A stretch of DNA of 64,000 bases, taken from assembly GCA_963706575.1 (NCBI GenBank), contig CAVPNL010000004.1, forward strand, positions 416,001-480,000. The letters are read 5' to 3'. A model generated the notes under the pieces. It was given only the letters and a program-made list of their open reading frames with translations, did not search any database and had not been told where the DNA came from. This document shows, one piece after another, positions 18,855-29,067 of the stretch. Origin of the DNA: an uncultured delta proteobacterium (GTDB lineage: Bacteria > Desulfobacterota > Desulfobacteria > Desulfobacterales > JAHEIW01). The translations under genes were made by a program, and so were the position numbers. Numbering within the stretch: the first letter of the stretch is position 1; each line of letters opens with the position of its first letter.

Positions 18855-20324
18855 GTGACTGAAAATATTGCTGGAACGAGAAATATCGACTGGAAAAAGA
18901 TGGGGTTTCTTTTCCTGGGTATTGTCCTTTTTACAGTGGTCTACTGGGCACCTGCCTGGCCCGATGCCGTCGATCCCATGGGCAAACATTTCCCGCTGAG
19001 CCGGGAGGCCAAGGGAGCCATCGCTGTATTTTTACTGGCCGGAACCTGGTGGGTCTTCGAGGTGGTGCCCATCGGGGTCACCAGCCTGGCCATCGGGGTT
19101 ATGCAGGCGCTTTTTCTGATACGCCCGGCCAGAGACGCTTTTACGGATTTTATGGTACCGGCCGTCATGTTTATTTTTGCCTCGATCATGATCGGTCTGG
19201 TATTCACCAAAACGGGGTTGACCAAGCGCCTGGCATACAAAATGCTGATCATCGTCGGTGAAAAAACCAGTATGATATATCTGGGATGCTTCATCGTCAC
19301 CGCAGCCCTGACCCACATTATGGCGCATACGGCGGTGGCGGCCACCATTTACCCCCTGCTGGTGTCGATTTATGCGCTTTACGGTGAAGGCGATAAAAAG
19401 ACAAAATTCGGCAAGGGGCTGTTTATCGGGATGGCCTATGTTGCCGGTGCCGGTAGCATCGTGACCCTGCTGGGGGCCGCCCGCGGCGCTGTGGCTCTGG
19501 GCTTTTACAAGGATATCGTCGGCCAGGACATCTCGTTTTTTCAATTGACCTGGTATATGTTCCCCGTTGGCTGGATAATGACCTTCATCCTCTGGGGTTT
19601 TTTTATGGTTTTCTTCAAACCTGAAAAAAAAGTGATCCCGGGGCTCAGGGAAAAGGCCCGCCAGCTGAACAGCGAACTGGGCCCATTGACCCGCAAAGAA
19701 ATCAAAGCGGCCCTGATCGTCGGCGCCTGTATTGTGACCATGGCGATACGCCCCTATGTCTCTTTCCTGGAACCCATTGATAAAACCGCCATCATCCTGA
19801 TATCGACCATCCTGTTTTTTATCACCGGCATCATGGACCTCGATGATCTGGAAGCCATACCCTGGAACATTATCCTGCTTTTCGCGGGCGCCATGAGCAT
19901 CGGCAACTGCCTGTGGCAAACCGGGGCTGCCAACTGGATGGCGGTCAACTGGCTGGTGATGTTCCAGCAAGCCAACTGGTTTGTGTTTGTGATGAGCATC
20001 GCTTTTTTCGTCATGATCATGACCAATTTTATCATGAATGTGGCGGCCATCGCCATATCCCTGCCGGTGGCCCTGGTCATCGCACCCTATTTGGGCGTGG
20101 CCGGTGAGGTCATCTTGTTTGCGGCCCTGGTCACCGCCGGAATGCCGTTCTTATTGCTGGTGGGCGCCGCCCCCAATGCGATTGCCTATGACTCCGGGCA
20201 GTTTACGACCGCTGAATTTTTTCTATATGGCCTACCCGCCAGTATCATTCTGATGATTATCACCGGCTTTGCCGTGTTTATCCTCTGGCCCCTGATGGGC
20301 ATGCCGGTGTTAATCGGCGGTTAA
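18855..20324 (+). CDS. DASS/SLC13 family Na+/anion (sulfate or dicarboxylate) symporter
   Basis: Multi-TM; WWVFEVVPIGVT, TGLTKRLA, IPWNIILLFAGA, TNFIMNVAA, GAAPNAIAY. Confidence 0.9.
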   Translation: MTENIAGTRNIDWKKMGFLFLGIVLFTVVYWAPAWPDAVDPMGKHFPLSREAKGAIAVFLLAGTWWVFEVVPIGVTSLAIGVMQALFLIRPARDAFTDFMVPAVMFIFASIMIGLVFTKTGLTKRLAYKMLIIVGEKTSMIYLGCFIVTAALTHIMAHTAVAATIYPLLVSIYALYGEGDKKTKFGKGLFIGMAYVAGAGSIVTLLGAARGAVALGFYKDIVGQDISFFQLTWYMFPVGWIMTFILWGFFMVFFKPEKKVIPGLREKARQLNSELGPLTRKEIKAALIVGACIVTMAIRPYVSFLEPIDKTAIILISTILFFITGIMDLDDLEAIPWNIILLFAGAMSIGNCLWQTGAANWMAVNWLVMFQQANWFVFVMSIAFFVMIMTNFIMNVAAIAISLPVALVIAPYLGVAGEVILFAALVTAGMPFLLLVGAAPNAIAYDSGQFTTAEFFLYGLPASIILMIITGFAVFILWPLMGMPVLIGG

Positions 20325-20379
20325 CGGCAAATCAGATCGGTTGAAGCGTTCACCTTAGCTATCAGGGAGAAAGGCTGTC

Positions 20380-21810
20380 ATGAACCAGCTCGCAAAATTA
20401 TTTGATCGCATCATCGGTAAAGTCAACATCAGCTTGAGAGAATTTAACTTTGACGCTGCACAATACCTGAAATATCTTCAAGATTACATCCCGCTGCGTC
20501 AGTTGATCAAATTCTATGCATTTTACGGGGTTACCGGGCAGCAACCGTTCAATTTCCACTTCAGTCGCTCAAACCTGGCCGGCAGCTATTTTTTGGGAAA
20601 TTGCAAGGTTGACAATGCGATTCTCTATAAAAGTGATATCCGGGGCGACGAACTCAAATCTAAAGGCGATATCATTAATTATCAGGGCGTCGATTTTACC
20701 CTGGACCTCGATGAGAAAGTCCGGATTCAAGACAGTATTCTGATTAAGACCCTGGTGCATAATTGTTCCAACGATCCGGCAAATCCCGAATTGTTTCTGA
20801 TTAAAAATGCGGCATCAACACCCTATGCGAATATTCATGGATCCCTGGTGGAAGGTTGTTTCCTGGGACCTTTCGCGACCGCCGATCTAACACGTCTTCA
20901 TGGATGTATCCTTGGAACTTACGCCTATGTTCAAACCGGAGAACTATGGAAGCAGCATGTCGCAAACGGTCGGATCTGGATCAGAAACAACAACCGTTTT
21001 GAATTCTCCTATCGGTTTCCACCAAAGGTATTGGATCGATACATCCATTTTACAATCGGTCAACAGCCAAGCGGTATTTTCATAGATTTTATCAGAAAGC
21101 GGAAGGAACAATTTCAGCGAATATTTGATGCTGTTAATCTAGAGCCGCCCGCTATGGTACCGAAATCTACGTCCTTGAGTCGCTATGCAGTCGTCAGACC
21201 GAAAACACACATTGGTAAAAATGTGCTGGTGGCACAGAGAGCATATCTGGAGAACTCATTTCTGGGCAACGGCGCAAACGCCCAGGAAAACTGCTACATC
21301 ATCAACTCGCGCCTGGAAGGCAACAATGTGACAGCTCACGGCGCCAAATTGGTCCACACCCGTCTGGCTAAAAATGTTTTTGTCGGGTTTAACGCCTTTT
21401 TACGCGGAACTGCGGATTGTCCGCTCGACATCGGCAAGGGCAGCATCGTCATGCCCCACACGGTTATCGACCTCAGGCAGCCCGTGGCCATCCCGGCAGA
21501 TCATCTGGTCTGGGGGTATATCCAAAAACCGAATGACCTCAAATACCACATGTTATCATTGAAAAAACTTGCCGCAGTTCGTCGTCAAAAAACCATCAAA
21601 ACAATGAAATTTCGCGGAAATGGCGCAGCATTTGTCCAATCCTTTCGACACCGCATCCAACACATCCTGGAAGCCAACGGCGCTTACTTTGACGGGAAGA
21701 GGCATCGGGGTCACGCCCAACAGGATCAAAACATATCTTTCAACATTATCCAACCTTACATGATGGGCCCAAAGAAAGGCCTTTTTCCAACCCTGGATAT
21801 TCAGCCGTGA
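20380..21810 (+). CDS. Left-handed beta-helix (hexapeptide repeat) transferase-like protein
   Basis: Hexapeptide-like stretches (IGKNVLVAQRAYLENSFLG, NVFVGFNAFL, IGKGSIVMPH); RBS AGGGAGA. Confidence 0.7.
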   Translation: MNQLAKLFDRIIGKVNISLREFNFDAAQYLKYLQDYIPLRQLIKFYAFYGVTGQQPFNFHFSRSNLAGSYFLGNCKVDNAILYKSDIRGDELKSKGDIINYQGVDFTLDLDEKVRIQDSILIKTLVHNCSNDPANPELFLIKNAASTPYANIHGSLVEGCFLGPFATADLTRLHGCILGTYAYVQTGELWKQHVANGRIWIRNNNRFEFSYRFPPKVLDRYIHFTIGQQPSGIFIDFIRKRKEQFQRIFDAVNLEPPAMVPKSTSLSRYAVVRPKTHIGKNVLVAQRAYLENSFLGNGANAQENCYIINSRLEGNNVTAHGAKLVHTRLAKNVFVGFNAFLRGTADCPLDIGKGSIVMPHTVIDLRQPVAIPADHLVWGYIQKPNDLKYHMLSLKKLAAVRRQKTIKTMKFRGNGAAFVQSFRHRIQHILEANGAYFDGKRHRGHAQQDQNISFNIIQPYMMGPKKGLFPTLDIQP

Positions 21811-21948
21811 AGATGCTCGAAAATCGCGGTCATATGTTTAACACCATTGATCAATTTCTACCCTTTATGGTAATTAAATGGTTATGCCGAATCATAAGAT
21901 CCTTATGAACGATTTTGGCGCGAATAAAAATTATAAGGGAGTTTATCC

Positions 21949-22380
21949 ATGAGTCTCGCAAATGTATTACTGGTAGATGATGAGGTCGAGTTTGTTGAAG
22001 CATTCAGTGAACGCTTAAAGATGCGCGATCTTGAAATCTCAAAGGCGTTCAGCGGAAAAGAGGCACTAAAATTTCTTAAAAAAAACCAAACCGTCGAAGT
22101 TGTTATTTTGGATGTAAAGATGCCGGAAATGGACGGAATCGAAACACTGGCTGAAATCAAGAAGCGATATCCGCTGATGGAGGTCATCATGCTTTCGGGT
22201 CATTCGACGGTCGAATCGGCCATTGAAGGCATGAAAAAAGGCGCTTTTGATTATTTGATGAAACCATGCGATATGGATCAGATCATGGCGAAGGTAAGCG
22301 AAGCGGTGGCGAAAAAACGACGGCATGAAGAAAAAATAATCCAGGCTCGAATCAAAGAAATCACATCGAGGCACATATAA
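21949..22380 (+). CDS. Single-domain response regulator (REC)
   Basis: VLLVDDE, VILDVKMP, YLMKP; paralogue of 9080-9523. Confidence 0.93.
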   Translation: MSLANVLLVDDEVEFVEAFSERLKMRDLEISKAFSGKEALKFLKKNQTVEVVILDVKMPEMDGIETLAEIKKRYPLMEVIMLSGHSTVESAIEGMKKGAFDYLMKPCDMDQIMAKVSEAVAKKRRHEEKIIQARIKEITSRHI

Positions 22381-22542
22381 AGGCATCCGGGCATAACGTT
22401 AGATCGTCGGCCGCCGTAATTCCCGAATCCCTATATTTTCCTTGACAGGTCGGGGGCATCAAATATATCTATTTTTATCATATAGCCCGATTTAAAAAAT
22501 AAATTTAATTCAGCATAACATAAACAAAAAGGAGGACGTTTT

Positions 22543-23568
22543 ATGAAAAAATCAGGATTGTTTTTGGTATGCGGCTTGATTTCCGTATTTCTTCTGGTCG
22601 GAATCGCCGCAGCAAAGGAAACGGTGGTGGTTTACACCTCATTGGAAAATGAAGAGGTCGTCGAATATCTGAAAGTCGCCAAAAAAGAGCTTGCCGATCT
22701 TGATATTCAGGCCATCCGTCTCTCCACCGGAGAACTGGGTGCCCGTATGCTGGCCGAAAAGGACAACCCGCAGGCCGACTGCATCTGGGGATGGGCGGTC
22801 ACCAATATGTCGGAATTTGTTCCCAAGGGCATGCTGGTAACCTATAAACCCAAAGGCTGGGATAAGATCCCGGCAAACTTCAAAAATCCCGAAGGCTACT
22901 GGACGGCCATCGATTTATATGCAGCCGCGCTGGTTCCCAACACCAAAGTTCTGGCGCAAAAAAATATGCCGATGCCCAAAGGCTGGAATGATCTTTTGAA
23001 TCCGGTCTATAAAGGGGCGCTGATCATGCCGAACCCGGCCAGCTCCGGCACCGGGTTTTTGCAGGTGGCCAGCCTGCTGGTCCTGCTGGACCCCGATTAC
23101 AAGAACAAGCCCGTCGAGCAGAATAAAGCCTGGGAATTTCTCAAAGAACTGGACAAAAACATGGGCCAGTACATCAAAAGCGGTTCCAAACCGGCCAAGC
23201 TGACCGCTGCCGGAGAATATGCGGTGGGCGCCTCTTTTGCTTTTGTCTATTCTTCATTGAAAAAGAAAGGCTTTCCGGTGGCGCTGGTCATGCCGGAAGA
23301 AGGCGCCGGATTTGAACTCGAAGCCAACGCATTGTTAAAAGGCGCCAAGAATGAAGCCGCAGCTAAGAAATTTTTAGACTGGGCCATCAGTGAAGGTGCC
23401 ATGAAGGAATATGCCAAATTTAAACTCGGCGTGACTTATCCGGGTATCGCCGGACCGGCGGACCTGCCGGCCTTAGATACCATTAAGCTGGCCCCCATGG
23501 ATTTCCCGTGGCAGTCTGAAAATCGCGCCAAAATCCTGGAAGTCTGGCAAAACCATTTCCTGAAATAA
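22543..23568 (+). CDS. ABC transporter substrate-binding protein, AfuA / 2-aminoethylphosphonate-type
   Basis: Signal peptide; VYTSLE, STGELGARMLAEKDNPQAD, MPNPASSGTG. Confidence 0.88.
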   Translation: MKKSGLFLVCGLISVFLLVGIAAAKETVVVYTSLENEEVVEYLKVAKKELADLDIQAIRLSTGELGARMLAEKDNPQADCIWGWAVTNMSEFVPKGMLVTYKPKGWDKIPANFKNPEGYWTAIDLYAAALVPNTKVLAQKNMPMPKGWNDLLNPVYKGALIMPNPASSGTGFLQVASLLVLLDPDYKNKPVEQNKAWEFLKELDKNMGQYIKSGSKPAKLTAAGEYAVGASFAFVYSSLKKKGFPVALVMPEEGAGFELEANALLKGAKNEAAAKKFLDWAISEGAMKEYAKFKLGVTYPGIAGPADLPALDTIKLAPMDFPWQSENRAKILEVWQNHFLK

Positions 23569-23592
23569 GCATGCATTGCATGACCTTTTTAA

Positions 23593-23632
23593 AAGACTTC
23601 ATAAATCCTCCCCGGAGGATTTATGAAGTCTT
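23593..23632. repeat. Perfect 19-bp inverted repeat between the binding-protein and ATPase genes
   Basis: AAGACTTCATAAATCCTCC-CC-GGAGGATTTATGAAGTCTT. Confidence 0.85.
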
Positions 23633-23641
23633 GTCTTTCAA

Positions 23642-24751
23642 ATGGACCTATTTATGGAAACCACCTCCAAACAGCTTGTTTTAAAAAACATCAACAAACA
23701 ATTTGGCACGCTGGTGGCAGTCCAAAATGTTGATCTGGTGATCGCACCCGGCGAGTTCGTCTGCTTTTTAGGGCCCAGCGGATGCGGTAAAACCACCCTG
23801 TTGAGGATCATTACCGGATTCGAGCAGCAGACCAGCGGGGATGTCATCTATGACGGCAAAGTGATCAATGACGTGATTCCTCAGAAACGGGATTTCGGGA
23901 TCGTGTTTCAGTCTTATGCCCTGTTTCCCAATATGACGGTGTACCAGAATGTCGCATTCGGTTTAAAAATGCGCAAAATGCCGCCAACGCTGATCGATGA
24001 ACGCGTCAGCGAAATCCTGCAGCTGGTGGGCCTGACTGATTGGGAGCGCCATTATCCTTCTCAACTGAGCGGCGGCCAGCAGCAACGGGTAGCGCTGGGG
24101 CGGGCGATTGCCATCAAACCCAAAGTCCTTCTGCTGGATGAACCCTTGAGTGCATTGGATGCCAAGATCAGAATCCGCCTGCGCACCGTTATCAAAAAAT
24201 TGCAGGAAGAACTGGGCGTTACGATGATCTACGTCACCCATGATCAGGAAGAAGCGCTGGCGCTGGCAGACCGGGTCGCCATCATGCGGGATGGCGAGAT
24301 CAGACAGATCGGTTCGCCCTGGGAGATATATAAACAACCCAAAACCAGTTTTATTGCTGAATTTGTGGGGACCTCCAATTTTATCACCGGAAAGAAAAAA
24401 AACGGTATTGTCCAGTTCGGTCGTTTGGAACTGGCGGTCTCAAACCTGGATGAGACCGGAGACGAAACGGTTTATCTGGCCATTCGACCTGAAAATATTG
24501 AACTGTTCGATGAAGCCCGTTCCGCTGAAAATTATATGACCTCCAATGTGGTTGAAGTTGAGGCCGAGGTTATCAATTTTCTGGGTGCGATCGTAAGAAT
24601 TACCTTCATCCTGGAAGAAGAAGAAATGCTGGTGGACATTTCCGAAAAAGAGTTTGAAAAGCTGAGTTTAAAACGAAAGGATAAATTTAAACTATATTTC
24701 CCGCCGGATGAATTTCATCAGTATTCGGAGTTGTTCAGAAAACTCATATAG
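23642..24751 (+). CDS. ABC transporter ATP-binding protein (PotA/PhnT-like, C-terminal TOBE)
   Basis: GPSGCGKT, LSGGQQQR, LLLDEP; start may be ATG 23654. Confidence 0.95.
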   Translation: MDLFMETTSKQLVLKNINKQFGTLVAVQNVDLVIAPGEFVCFLGPSGCGKTTLLRIITGFEQQTSGDVIYDGKVINDVIPQKRDFGIVFQSYALFPNMTVYQNVAFGLKMRKMPPTLIDERVSEILQLVGLTDWERHYPSQLSGGQQQRVALGRAIAIKPKVLLLDEPLSALDAKIRIRLRTVIKKLQEELGVTMIYVTHDQEEALALADRVAIMRDGEIRQIGSPWEIYKQPKTSFIAEFVGTSNFITGKKKNGIVQFGRLELAVSNLDETGDETVYLAIRPENIELFDEARSAENYMTSNVVEVEAEVINFLGAIVRITFILEEEEMLVDISEKEFEKLSLKRKDKFKLYFPPDEFHQYSELFRKLI

Positions 24752-24792
24752 TATTGCCGCAAGGCTTTGTCGTAAGGAAATATTTTTGCTCT

Positions 24793-24841
24793 GTGGGAGC
24801 GGCTTCCAGCCGCGAATATCGCAGCAAGATGCTGCTCCCAC
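24793..24841. repeat. REP-like doublet (GTGG/GTAG type)
   Basis: GTGGGAGCGGCTTCCAGCCGCGA-ata-TCGCAGCAAGATGCTGCTCCCAC, an inverted pair of palindromic units. Confidence 0.7.
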
Positions 24842-24888
24842 CTCTATTATTTTGAAAACTGTGACTGTTGCGCTACATTAAAAATTAT

Positions 24889-26601
24889 ATGGAAACTTCC
24901 TCATCGACCGCTGACACAACCTTGCAGTACCAGGTTTCTGCCGCACGGATGGAAATCGATCGATTCATCATTCCCACCGTCACCATTTTTATCGGCCTGA
25001 TTCTCTGCTTTTTTATGCTTTTCCCCCTGTCGGCAATTCTCAAAATGAGTTTTTTCAAAGGCGGCGAGTTCGCTATCGCCAATTTCACCCTGGCAAATTT
25101 CCAAAAATACTTCACCACGGCTTATACCCTCAGAGCGCTGTGGCACAGCCTGTATGTGTCGGTGGCCACGACAATTATCGTCACGATTATTATTTTCTTT
25201 TTCGCTTATGCCATGACCCGAACGACGATGCGCGCAAAGACCTTTTTCCGCAATGTCATCATGCTGCCCCTTATAGCGCCTTCCATTGTTCAAGCCCTGG
25301 CGCTGATTTATCTGTTCGGCCGCAACGGCCTGATTACGGCGCATCTTTTAAAAACAGACTGGAATATTTACGGGGCCACCGGGATTATTGTTTCAGAAGT
25401 TCTGTATTGCCTGCCGCATGCTTTTGTGATCCTGTACACAACCCTATCGGCAGTGGACATCCGGCTGGATGAGGCGGCCGAAAGTCTGGGCGCATCGCCC
25501 TTCAAGGTGTTTACCCGCATTACACTGCCATCGGCAAAATACGGCATCTTCAGCGCGGCTGCCCTGACCTTCAATTTGACCATTACCGATTTTGGCAATC
25601 CGGTGGTCATCGGGGCCGATTACAATGTGCTGGCCACCGAAATTTATGCCCAGGTCACCAACCTCTACCGCTTTGACCTGGGGGCCACCATCAGTATTAT
25701 TCTACTGGTACCGTCGTTGATGGCCTTCATGTTAAATTATTATATCTCCCGTAAGACATTTTCCATGATCAGCGGGGCTGCCAGACCCGTGATTCCGCCG
25801 TCGCGGCCGTTGAAAAAGATATCCTTCACGATTTATTGCAGCCTGGTCACTTTTGCTATTTTTATGGTATTTGCCACGGTCATCATCGGATCTTTTGTCA
25901 AGATTTGGCCCTATGACTGGTCTCTGACCTTAAGGCATTATAGTTTCCCATCCATCGGCGGCTATTCCGCCATCTGGACCAGTGTGTGGGTTTCTTTAAT
26001 CGTGGGGATTGCCGGCGCATTTATTACGCTGGTTGCCGGCTATGTCATGGAAACGCGCAAACCTTTTTTCAAACAGACGCTTTATCTGTTGTCGGTGATG
26101 CCGGCCGCGATCCCCGGACTGGTAATGGGGCTGGGCTATATCCTGGCCTTTAACAAACCCTATTACCTTTTCTACGGCACGCCCTGGATCATTGTGATCA
26201 ATATCGTAATCTGCAATTTTACCCTGGGCATATTATCCAGTATTTCCAATCTGCGAAACATCGATGCATCCATCGAAGAAGCCTCCATCAGCCTGGGCGG
26301 GGATACCTTCCGGACGTTTTTCAGAATCATATTTCCGCTTTCAAGGGTAGCCTTCTTTCAAAACTTCGTTTATTTTTTCATGCGCTCGATGACCACCATC
26401 AGCGCCGTCATTTTCCTGGTCTCCGCCACCGTCCATCTGGCGGCCATCGAAATCATCATGCTGGACAATGACGGTTGGACCGCAAGCGCCAACGCCATGT
26501 GCACCTGCATCATTGTGATCGTGCTGGTCATGCTGGGGATTTTGCAGATCGTCGCCAAAAAAACGGGTCAGCGCCCGGAAGGGTTGGTATCTGAGGTATG
26601 A
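24889..26601 (+). CDS. ABC transporter permease, two fused domains (FbpB / 2-AEP type)
   Basis: EAA loops LDEAAESLGA and IEEASISLGG; TITDFGNPVVIG. Confidence 0.92.
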   Translation: METSSSTADTTLQYQVSAARMEIDRFIIPTVTIFIGLILCFFMLFPLSAILKMSFFKGGEFAIANFTLANFQKYFTTAYTLRALWHSLYVSVATTIIVTIIIFFFAYAMTRTTMRAKTFFRNVIMLPLIAPSIVQALALIYLFGRNGLITAHLLKTDWNIYGATGIIVSEVLYCLPHAFVILYTTLSAVDIRLDEAAESLGASPFKVFTRITLPSAKYGIFSAAALTFNLTITDFGNPVVIGADYNVLATEIYAQVTNLYRFDLGATISIILLVPSLMAFMLNYYISRKTFSMISGAARPVIPPSRPLKKISFTIYCSLVTFAIFMVFATVIIGSFVKIWPYDWSLTLRHYSFPSIGGYSAIWTSVWVSLIVGIAGAFITLVAGYVMETRKPFFKQTLYLLSVMPAAIPGLVMGLGYILAFNKPYYLFYGTPWIIVINIVICNFTLGILSSISNLRNIDASIEEASISLGGDTFRTFFRIIFPLSRVAFFQNFVYFFMRSMTTISAVIFLVSATVHLAAIEIIMLDNDGWTASANAMCTCIIVIVLVMLGILQIVAKKTGQRPEGLVSEV

Positions 26602-26680
26602 CAAGGTGAGAATGCCAGACAAACGCCATGGTATGGGCAAAGCCTGTTAAAATTCTTTTTGTGACAAAATTAAATAAAAC

Positions 26681-26707
26681 CTTTGCGACTTTGCGACTTT
26701 GCGTGAG
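26681..26707. repeat. Octamer tandem repeat (CTTTGCGA x3), solo arm
   Basis: CTTTGCGA CTTTGCGA CTTTGCGT GAG between convergent genes. Confidence 0.75.
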
Positions 26708-26760
26708 GCCATATTAAGTTCAGCCTAAAGCGGATCCGGTAACCGGATCAAGAAGGAATA

Positions 26761-27684
26761 TTAATAAAGATCATAGGGGGTTAGACTTTCATACCCTCCT
26801 TGCGTTACTAGAATGGTCTGCTCAAACTGGGCGGATAAAGACCCATCTTTGGTCACCGCCGTCCAGTTATCCGCCAGAATTTTCAGTTCCTTGTTGCCCA
26901 GATTGATCATGGGTTCAATCGTAAAAACCATGCCCGGAATCAATCGGATGCCCTGCCCCTTTTGGCCGAAATGCGGGATTTGCGGCGGTTCGTGAAATTC
27001 AAACCCGACCCCGTGGCCGACAAAATCGCGCACCACCGAACAGCCCTGATCCTCGGCATAGGCCTGGATTGCCCAGCCGATATCCCCGACCGTATTGCCG
27101 GGTTTGACCTTTGAAATCCCGCGCTTAAGGCATTCTCTGGCAACACTGACGATTTTGCGGGCTTCGGTTCCGGGTGTGCCTACAAAATATGTTTTGTTGG
27201 CATCGGCATAATAGCCGTTTAAAACCGATGTAATGTCGACATTGACGATATCACCATCCGCCAGGACTCTCTTCCCCGGGATACCATGGCAAACTTCCTC
27301 ATTTATTGAAACACAAACACTTTTAGGAAATCCCCGGTAATTCAAGGGCGCCGGCTGGGCACCGCTTTTTATGGTAAATTCATGCACGATGGTATTGATT
27401 TCATCGGTCTTGATCCCCGGGCGTATCTTATCCTCGATCTGCTCAAAAGTATCCAGCACCAGTTGCCCGGCCTTACGAATGCATTCAATATCGACTTCTC
27501 CTTTAAGCCGAATCTTGTATCTCTGGGCATACTGCGCCCCGGGCTCCCGGCTAACCTGAAGTTCTTTTCCCAAACAGCACTTTTTATATTTTAACCCGCT
27601 GCCGCAGGGGCAGGGATCGTTTCTACCGACTTTCACTGTTTTGCCCTTCTCTCTAAGCAGATTCAATCTAGCTTTGGATAACAT
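26761..27684 (-). CDS. map: Type I methionine aminopeptidase with N-terminal SEC-C motif
   Basis: [45 protein letters not shown]; start may be GTG 27636. Confidence 0.95.
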   Translation of the reverse strand: MLSKARLNLLREKGKTVKVGRNDPCPCGSGLKYKKCCLGKELQVSREPGAQYAQRYKIRLKGEVDIECIRKAGQLVLDTFEQIEDKIRPGIKTDEINTIVHEFTIKSGAQPAPLNYRGFPKSVCVSINEEVCHGIPGKRVLADGDIVNVDITSVLNGYYADANKTYFVGTPGTEARKIVSVARECLKRGISKVKPGNTVGDIGWAIQAYAEDQGCSVVRDFVGHGVGFEFHEPPQIPHFGQKGQGIRLIPGMVFTIEPMINLGNKELKILADNWTAVTKDGSLSAQFEQTILVTQGGYESLTPYDLY

Positions 27685-27892
27685 GGTTAGATAGCGGTAT
27701 GCGCATCCGCGGTCAAAGTTTTCAATAAGGCGGTTATCATTTTTATTTTGTCAAAGTTGAGATTCTTATTATAATTTTAAAACAAATTCAACCGTTAAGC
27801 AAAGTGAAAAGCAATCCGGATGCATTTTCATATTTGCTATTCATGTAAAAATATCTTAATACCTGAGTCTGCATGAAAGGAGATCCAGGTTA

Positions 27893-28846
27893 ATGTATTT
27901 TGAGGTTTCAGGAGTTACGGTTTCCCCTTTGATCCCGTTTCTGGTGGCATTTTGTGTCTCGATGTTGGTTGCCTCCGCCGGCGTATCCGGCGCCTTCCTT
28001 TTATTGCCTTTTCAGGTCAGCGTTCTGGGTTTCACCAGCCCTGCAGTCTCTCCCACGAATCTGTTCTTCAATATCGTTGCCATCCCCAGCGGTGTCTATC
28101 GCTACATGCGCGAAAAACGAATGGCCTGGCCGTTGGCCTTGGTGATTATTATCGGAACCCTGCCGGGCATTTTTATTGGTGCCCTTATCCGAATTCTTTA
28201 TTTGCCGGATCCAAAAAATTTCAAATTTTTTGCAGGGTGCGTGCTGCTTTACATCGGCCTGAGGCTGGTTCACTCCATGATCAAAAAAAATGACCTGACA
28301 ATTGAAAAAGCCAAAGCCGTAGAAGAACGATTTTATAACGAAAAGAACAAAAAAGTGATTACCGCCGGAACCGATGCAAGGCCGATACCGGCAGTCAGAA
28401 CCGTGAAGTTTTCATTCAAGCGCTACAGCTATAGTTTCTATGGAGAAGTCTTTACATTCAATACGATCGGACTGCTTTTGCTGTCATTTATTGTGGGAAT
28501 CATCGGCGGAACTTACGGTATTGGTGGGGGAGCCATTATCGCGCCGTTTCTGGTTGCCTTTTTTGGTTTGCCTGTATACACCATCGCCGGTGCCACCTTG
28601 ATGGCCACATTTGTCACCTCAATTGCCGGGGTCGTTTTTTATGCCGGGATCGCGCCATTATTTGCCTATACCGGTCTTTCGATTGCCCCGGACTGGACAT
28701 TGGGGGCCTTGTTCGGCGCCGGCGGCTTTCTGGGCCTATATTGCGGCGCCCGGCTGCAAAAGTACCTGCCCGCCAAGATCATAAAGATAATCCTTATTCT
28801 TACGATGACCTTCATCGCCATCCGATATATTGCCAATATATTTTAA
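27893..28846 (+). CDS. TSUP (TauE/SafE) family permease
   Basis: AGVSGAFLLLP and YGIGGGAIIAP repeat motifs; multi-TM. Confidence 0.88.
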   Translation: MYFEVSGVTVSPLIPFLVAFCVSMLVASAGVSGAFLLLPFQVSVLGFTSPAVSPTNLFFNIVAIPSGVYRYMREKRMAWPLALVIIIGTLPGIFIGALIRILYLPDPKNFKFFAGCVLLYIGLRLVHSMIKKNDLTIEKAKAVEERFYNEKNKKVITAGTDARPIPAVRTVKFSFKRYSYSFYGEVFTFNTIGLLLLSFIVGIIGGTYGIGGGAIIAPFLVAFFGLPVYTIAGATLMATFVTSIAGVVFYAGIAPLFAYTGLSIAPDWTLGALFGAGGFLGLYCGARLQKYLPAKIIKIILILTMTFIAIRYIANIF

Positions 28847-28880
28847 AATACATTGGGAGCGCCCTACCGGACTTTATGAG

Positions 28881-29040
28881 CATCCCTTTGGGGCTCGAAG
28901 AGCGGTCCTTCAGACCTTGAGGATAGCAGCACGATATTGTATTCTCCTTTCAACCTCAAGCGAAGCGCTCATCAAACGAAGCGCAGGGACTGCGCCGAGT
29001 GCTCTTCTAGTTACGCGAACGCGAAACGATCAAAGGGATG
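28881..29040. other. Nested multi-stem palindromic element
   Basis: Nested pairs CATCCCTTTG/CAAAGGGATG, GAAGAGC/GCTCTTC, CTTGAGG/CCTCAAG and GCGCAG/CTGCGC. Confidence 0.6.
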
Positions 29041-29067
29041 ACAGGAGACTAAAATTTTGAAATCACT

